Positions 58,984 through 64,000 of a stretch of 64,000 nucleotides of DNA are shown in pieces; the stretch's first letter is position 1; the number at the start of each line of letters is the position of its first letter. The notes below the pieces were generated by a model, which was given only the letters and a program-made list of their open reading frames with translations, did no database searches and was not told the origin of the DNA. Position numbers and translations under genes: made by a program. Source of the DNA: an uncultured Gemmatimonadales bacterium (GTDB lineage: Bacteria; Gemmatimonadota; Gemmatimonadetes; Gemmatimonadales; Gemmatimonadaceae); NCBI GenBank assembly GCA_963793305.1, contig CAWBZV010000011.1:64001-128000 (forward strand), read 5' to 3'.

Positions 58984-58984
58984 G

Positions 58985-61420
58985 TCAGTCGGACCGCATC
59001 GCGATCAACGGATCGATGCGCGCGGCGCTGCGTGCCGGGAGCCATGAGGCGAGGAAGGCGACGCCGAGGAGCGCGGCGCACACGACTTCGTAGGTCGCCA
59101 GGTCGTTCGGTTTGACGCCGAATAGGAGGCTGCCGAGCACACGGCTGCCGACGAGCGCGATGGCGAGTCCTATCGCCAGGCCCAGGCCGGTGAGGCGCAG
59201 GCCTTGGCTGACGACGAGCCGGACGACTTGCCCCGTGCGGGCGCCGAGGGCGAGCCGGATGCCGAGCTCGCGGCGGCGCTCGCGGACGACGTAGGCGAGG
59301 ACGCCGTAGATCCCGATGATCGCGAGCAGCAGCGCGACGACGCCGAATGTCATCACGACCATGGCGTAGAGGCGCGGTCGGGCCAGCGAGCCGGAGACGT
59401 CGGCGGCCAGGCTGCGCGTGCGGAAGATCGGCACGTCGGGGTCGACGGCGCTGACGGCGCGGGTGGTGGCGGCGAGAACCTGGGTGGGGTCGGACGTGGT
59501 GCGCACGACGAACGTCAGGAACGCGCGCGAGACTTGCTCGTGCGGTTGGAAGATCACGGGTGGTGCGGGGGTCCGGAGGTCGTCGAACTTCATGTCGCCG
59601 ACGACCCCGACGATGTCGCCGCCCATCTGCACGATGTCGCCGTGCCCGGTGGAGTCGGCGTTGCCGCCGAGGATCAGGTGATGGCCGATCGCGTCGCCGG
59701 CCGGGAAGTACTTGCGGGCGCACGCCTCGTTGATCACGAGCACGCGGTGGCCACCTGACCGGTCGTCGTCCGTGAACTCGCGGCCGTCTTTGATCGGTAC
59801 GCCCATCGTCGCGAAATATCCGGCGGAGACGGGCTCGTAGATGGCGGCCGGCTGGTCATCCTTTGACGTGGGGCGTCCCTGGATCTCGAACGTCACCGGA
59901 AAATCGGGATAGCCGGCGAACGGGACGCCGAACCCGTAGGCCGAGGCGCGTGTACCGGGGATCGCCAGCAGACGGTTGCGCACCGCGTGCGTGAATTCGC
60001 GGACGCGAGCCCAGTTGGCGTACTTGTCGCTGTAGAAATTCACATCGAAGGCCACGACGTGGGCTGGCTGGAATCCCGGGTCGACGTCCATCATGTGGAT
60101 CAAGCTGCGCGTGAGCAGCACGGCGCCGATGAGAAGGACGGCCGCGATCGCGGTCTCGGTGACGACGAGCGCGCCGCGTGTGCGGCCGCTCTTGCGATGC
60201 CCGCTCGTGCCGCGCGTGCCCGACTTGAGGGTCTCGCCGAGGTCGACGGCCGAGGCTTGATAGGCGGGGACGAGGCCGAAGAGCGAGCCGGTGAGCGTGG
60301 CGATGATCGCGGTGAAGAGGAGCGCGCGGCCGGAGAGTGTCACGTCCTCGAGCCGGGGGAGGCCGCCGAGTTTCGAGGCGACGACGAGGTGGATGCCGTT
60401 CACCGCGATGAGGACGCCGATCGCGGCGCCGGCGAGCGACAGCATGACGCTCTCGACGAGCAGCTCCTGGATCACGCGGCGTCGGCCGGCGCCGATCGCG
60501 ATACGGAGCGCGATCTCGGTGGAGCGGCCGCTGGCGCGGACGAGCAGCAGGTTCGTGACGTTGGCGCAGGCGATCAGCAGGAAGCAGCCGACGGCGCCGA
60601 ACAGTACGAGGAGGGCGGGGCGCGTGTTGCCGACGATCGCCGTTTGCAGCGGCTCGATCGTGTAGTCGACGTCGGTCTCGGCTTGGGGATATTGCTGTTT
60701 GATCCGGTCGGTGATCGTTCGAAATTCTTCGCGCGCGGTTGCGAATGCGATGCCCGGGGCGATGCGGCCGATGACGGTGCGGAAATGCAGGTTGCGTTGG
60801 TTTGGCGCGTAGTCGGCTGGGGCGAGGACATCCGGCAGCCAGATATCGGGTTCGCTCGGATACGTGAAGCGGGGCGGCGCGATGCCGATCACGGTGTAGG
60901 CGCCACCGTCGAGTGTCAGGGTCTGGCCGACGAGCGTGGGGCTCGCGCCGAACCGCGTGCGCCAGAACGCGTCGCTCACGACGATGACCTTCGCGGCTTC
61001 CGGTCGGTCATCGCTCGGCGTGAACAGCCGGCCGTTGCCTGGGGCGATGCCGAGGAGCGAGAACCAGTTGGCGCTTACGACCGCGACGTTGAGGCGCTCG
61101 GGTGCGCCGCGGCCCGTGAGTGTGGCTGGGCCGAGGCCGTACGTGGCGAGCGCGTCGAGACGAGAGGATTGGCGGCGCCAGTCGAGGAAATCGGGGATTG
61201 AGACGCCGAATGACTTGTGGCCGGTGGGGTTGACGACGGCCACCAGGCGCGAGGGGTTGCCGAATGGGAGTGACCGGAGGAGTACGCCGTCGACGACGCT
61301 GAAGATCAGGGTGTTGGCGCCGATCGCGATGGCTAGCGTCGCGACGATGGCGAGCGTGAACCAGGGGGTTTTCGGCAGGCGGCGGAGTGCGGCGCGAGCG
61401 TCGTAGAGGAGGGAATCCAT
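58985..61420 (-). CDS. duplicated MacB/FtsX-type ABC permease (ADOP-like)
   Basis: TLAIAIGANTLIFS, LLIACANVTNLLL, EIALRIAIGAGR, RRELGIRLALGA, PAR.AARIDP. Confidence 0.93.
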   Translation of the reverse strand: MDSLLYDARAALRRLPKTPWFTLAIVATLAIAIGANTLIFSVVDGVLLRSLPFGNPSRLVAVVNPTGHKSFGVSIPDFLDWRRQSSRLDALATYGLGPATLTGRGAPERLNVAVVSANWFSLLGIAPGNGRLFTPSDDRPEAAKVIVVSDAFWRTRFGASPTLVGQTLTLDGGAYTVIGIAPPRFTYPSEPDIWLPDVLAPADYAPNQRNLHFRTVIGRIAPGIAFATAREEFRTITDRIKQQYPQAETDVDYTIEPLQTAIVGNTRPALLVLFGAVGCFLLIACANVTNLLLVRASGRSTEIALRIAIGAGRRRVIQELLVESVMLSLAGAAIGVLIAVNGIHLVVASKLGGLPRLEDVTLSGRALLFTAIIATLTGSLFGLVPAYQASAVDLGETLKSGTRGTSGHRKSGRTRGALVVTETAIAAVLLIGAVLLTRSLIHMMDVDPGFQPAHVVAFDVNFYSDKYANWARVREFTHAVRNRLLAIPGTRASAYGFGVPFAGYPDFPVTFEIQGRPTSKDDQPAAIYEPVSAGYFATMGVPIKDGREFTDDDRSGGHRVLVINEACARKYFPAGDAIGHHLILGGNADSTGHGDIVQMGGDIVGVVGDMKFDDLRTPAPPVIFQPHEQVSRAFLTFVVRTTSDPTQVLAATTRAVSAVDPDVPIFRTRSLAADVSGSLARPRLYAMVVMTFGVVALLLAIIGIYGVLAYVVRERRRELGIRLALGARTGQVVRLVVSQGLRLTGLGLAIGLAIALVGSRVLGSLLFGVKPNDLATYEVVCAALLGVAFLASWLPARSAARIDPLIAMRSD

Positions 61421-61675
61421 GCGCTCTACAGCAGGGAAGGCGCATGCCACCTATGGCGCGCGAGTCAACTCGACGTTGCCCAGCGACTTGACATCAGTAC
61501 GCGTGGGAGTGTGCCGCCCGTGCGTGGGATGCGGTGCCTCGAATCGGGACAGGGGACTTGAGCGAAACGGTACGGGGAGGCGCCACGGGTTGCGGCGGTC
61601 GCGCCACGGCAGTTTTGGCCGTATGTATTCTCGTATCTACTGATATAGCAACGGCTTATATAGCCGCGCTCGTTA

Positions 61676-61691
61676 TGGCTCGTCGGTTGCG
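61676..61691 (+). promoter_or_regulatory. sigma-54 (-24/-12) promoter of the pilin gene
   Basis: TGGCTCG-TCGG-TTGC has exact GG-N10-GC spacing, ~35 nt upstream of the pilin ATG. Confidence 0.65.
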
Positions 61692-61726
61692 AATCTGTTG
61701 GGCACAACTCCAACGGAGCACCGACA

Positions 61727-62131
61727 ATGAAAAAGGGTTTCACACTGATCGAGCTGCTCATCGTCGTCGTGATCATCGGCATTCTGGCCGCCATCGCGGT
61801 CCCTGCCTTCGCAGCCACGAAGTCGAAGGCCTATACGGCGTCAATGAAGACCGACCTGCGGAATTTGGTGACGGCGCAGGAAGCGTATTTCTCCGACAAC
61901 TCGACGTATGCGTCGTCGACGGCTTCGCTCTCGACCTCATTCCACGTCTCGGCGGGCAACACGGTCACGGATCCCACCGCGGACGCCGCGGGTTGGAGCG
62001 CGACGATCACGAACAGCTACGTGGCGTCGACCCAGAGCGGTCATATCTGCGCGGTGTGGGTGGGCGATGCGACGTCGCAGCCTGGTGGCGTTGCGGGCGA
62101 CACGCTCGAGGGCGCGCCGGCCTGCTCGTGA
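61727..62131 (+). CDS. type IV pilin
   Basis: Class III signal MKKG|FTLIELLIVVVIIGILAAIAVP, two C-terminal Cys, GGAG Shine-Dalgarno. Confidence 0.93.
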   Translation: MKKGFTLIELLIVVVIIGILAAIAVPAFAATKSKAYTASMKTDLRNLVTAQEAYFSDNSTYASSTASLSTSFHVSAGNTVTDPTADAAGWSATITNSYVASTQSGHICAVWVGDATSQPGGVAGDTLEGAPACS

Positions 62132-62632
62132 TCAGTTCGGCGCGGTGCAGGCCGCGGAGTCTGACTGGACCGCGTTGGCGCACCTGACGAGAAGTCGCGT
62201 CGTCTGTAGCACGTCGCTCGCGCGGTCCTGAGCGTCGGCGCCGGTCCGGCGAATCAAGCGCTGGTCGTGAAAGTAGAGACGTTGCTCGTCTCGTCGGATG
62301 ACGTGGCCGCTCAGCGGGTGATCGTAGTGCTCGACGTCGGCGTAGATGAACACGAGCGTATCGTTGGCGAAATAGAAGGCCTCGGAGCTGCGGCCCATCT
62401 CGCCGTAGTACGTGGCGTCGAGCTTCTTCAAGTGCGGGCCGTCGAACCAGGCGTCGAGGTAGCCGCCCTCGGTCGAGAAGTCGAAGATGTCGTGTCGCAC
62501 GCGGCGGTACGACGGCAGTCCGCGCTCGATGCGGGCGTACGCATTGCGGATGGCGCTGATGGCGACCGAGTCGGGAGTCGGTTGCCGAGGGGCGGCGGCC
62601 AGTAGCGCGAGCCCGATGACGAGAATCCGCAT
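62132..62632 (-). CDS. hypothetical exported protein
   Basis: Signal-like N-terminus and STEGG / YYGEMGR segments. Convergent with the pilin. Confidence 0.6.
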   Translation of the reverse strand: MRILVIGLALLAAAPRQPTPDSVAISAIRNAYARIERGLPSYRRVRHDIFDFSTEGGYLDAWFDGPHLKKLDATYYGEMGRSSEAFYFANDTLVFIYADVEHYDHPLSGHVIRRDEQRLYFHDQRLIRRTGADAQDRASDVLQTTRLLVRCANAVQSDSAACTAPN

Positions 62633-62650
62633 ACTCGAATATCATATCAT

Positions 62651-63244
62651 ATGCGCGATTTGCTGCCCCTCTCGGCCTACGAGAAGGCCTCCACCGTGAG
62701 CTTCGGACGATCGACCGTCGTCTTGGGCCTCTTGTGGGGCATTCCGATGACGACGTTCATGCTGCGAACACACCAGGGCAGCCTGGGCTTCGTTCTCGTC
62801 ATCGGTGCGATCGGCGCGCTCGTCTTCGGCTCACTGATCACAATGTTGGCGCGTTTCGCCAGGCGCCAGCTGACTCAGGCGGTCTACTATTGCGTGTGGC
62901 CCATCGTCCCGGCAACGCCGCCGGGGCAGTACGAGGCGCGGCTCATGTGCAGTCTCATTCGAGGACGCTTGCCCGTGGGCGGCCACCTCTACATCGGCCC
63001 TGACGCTTGGACCTTCGTGCCGCATGCTCGGAACGGGCCGGTCATGCGGAAGACGGTCCGTTGGGACCAGCCAAGCCGGCTATCCGTCTCTGCGCAACGG
63101 CCGACATGGGGTTGGCTCGCGTGGTTGTTCGGCGTGCCCACCAACGATCAGGTTGTCCTCGCCGACGGTGAGGCCCAAGCCGTGCTCGTCGTGCCGAACG
63201 CCAGCGACGTCGTCTCCGCGATCTCGGCCCTACGCAGCGACTGA
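62651..63244 (+). CDS. hypothetical membrane protein
   Basis: Two TM segments followed by a soluble domain (VGGHLYIG...FVPH). Confidence 0.55.
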   Translation: MRDLLPLSAYEKASTVSFGRSTVVLGLLWGIPMTTFMLRTHQGSLGFVLVIGAIGALVFGSLITMLARFARRQLTQAVYYCVWPIVPATPPGQYEARLMCSLIRGRLPVGGHLYIGPDAWTFVPHARNGPVMRKTVRWDQPSRLSVSAQRPTWGWLAWLFGVPTNDQVVLADGEAQAVLVVPNASDVVSAISALRSD

Positions 63245-64000
63245 CGCGACGGCGACGACGAATTCGCCGGGGACCGAGTAGCCCGCGCCGTCCCGGTAGG
63301 GCGCAATCGATTGGAGGTACTCGGCGTGCACCTGCTCGCGGACGTCATCGGCGAACCGCGCGTACGCGAGCGCGACCGGCCCGCCGACGAACGCCGCGGC
63401 ACAGGCTTCGTCCGGCGTGTCGTATCGAAGCGGGATCGTGAGCCGCTCTGAGCGAACGTTCGTGAAGCCGGCCGCCTCGAGCTCGCGTGTCAGCGCGTCG
63501 GCCGTACCGAGGCGGAAAAAGAGCGGGCACACTTCCGAGTTCACTCGGGCATCGACAATCGGAAAGATGTCGGCCCACCCGCAGTTGCGGCGCGCACCCC
63601 AGACCGCGACCGCGGCTCGTCCGCCGGGCTTGAGCACCCGCCGCATCTCGGCGATCGCGCGATCGGTATCGGGAACGTACATCAGTCCGAGGCTCGACAG
63701 CGCGACATCGAACGTCGCATCGGGAAAGTCGAGTTTCTCGGCGTCCATCCGCGCGATGCGCACATTGCGCGGTGCGCGCTGCGCCGCCAGTTCGACCATG
63801 CGATCGGACAGATCGGTCCCGACGACCGTGCCGGTGGCCCCCACCGACGCGGCGGCGGCGAACGTGACCAACCCGGTCCCGCACGCCACGTCGAGGACCT
63901 GCTCGCCAGCCCGCAGCGCGGCGACGGCCAACAATCGCTCTTGCGCGGCGCGCAGCTGACGGCTCCAGCTCTCCTCGTAGTATGCCGCGGCCCGATCCCA
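63230..64000 (-). CDS. class I SAM-dependent methyltransferase (5'-partial)
   Basis: VLDVACGTG, GTDLS, MDAE.LDF.DATFD, RVLKPGGR. The frame is open to the window edge (WDRAAAYYE...). Confidence 0.9.
   Translation of the reverse strand, partial: WDRAAAYYEESWSRQLRAAQERLLAVAALRAGEQVLDVACGTGLVTFAAAASVGATGTVVGTDLSDRMVELAAQRAPRNVRIARMDAEKLDFPDATFDVALSSLGLMYVPDTDRAIAEMRRVLKPGGRAAVAVWGARRNCGWADIFPIVDARVNSEVCPLFFRLGTADALTRELEAAGFTNVRSERLTIPLRYDTPDEACAAAFVGGPVALAYARFADDVREQVHAEYLQSIAPYRDGAGYSVPGEFVVAVASVAA

Overview
GC-rich bacterial chromosome segment, mostly core genes on the + strand. The short 16S V1 region and the gene order resemble Gemmatimonadota (inference, no database search). In order: a HEAT-repeat/cyclophilin, LptE-like, rfaE2, rph, rdgB block; a two-gene insert (restriction-endonuclease-like protein plus a convergent Fic protein); three tRNAs; a full 16S-23S-5S operon; era, Trm112-family, GGDEF and zinc-ribbon genes; prfB with its programmed +1 frameshift; lysS, lolC/E, lolD; mcsA-mcsB-clpC; bamA-skp-lpxD-lpxC/fabZ-lpxA-(gnnA-like)-lpxB-DUF374-lpxK; gdh, rlmH, bshC, murJ, uvrC, larC; der-plsY-gpsA; surE-pcm; a MoxR/vWA (Bat-like) operon; an ABC permease; and a type IV pilin with a sigma-54-like promoter. 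The standout is a compact 256-nt, ORF-less group I intron in the 23S rRNA after U1931 (E. coli numbering). It has a complete catalytic core but ends in A rather than the canonical omega-G. A ~35-bp inverted repeat covers the bamA start. Many essential genes carry single-base frameshifts with a shared TC->TTC / GA->GAA signature. This points to consensus errors, so single-base oddities, including the omega-A, need read-level confirmation.
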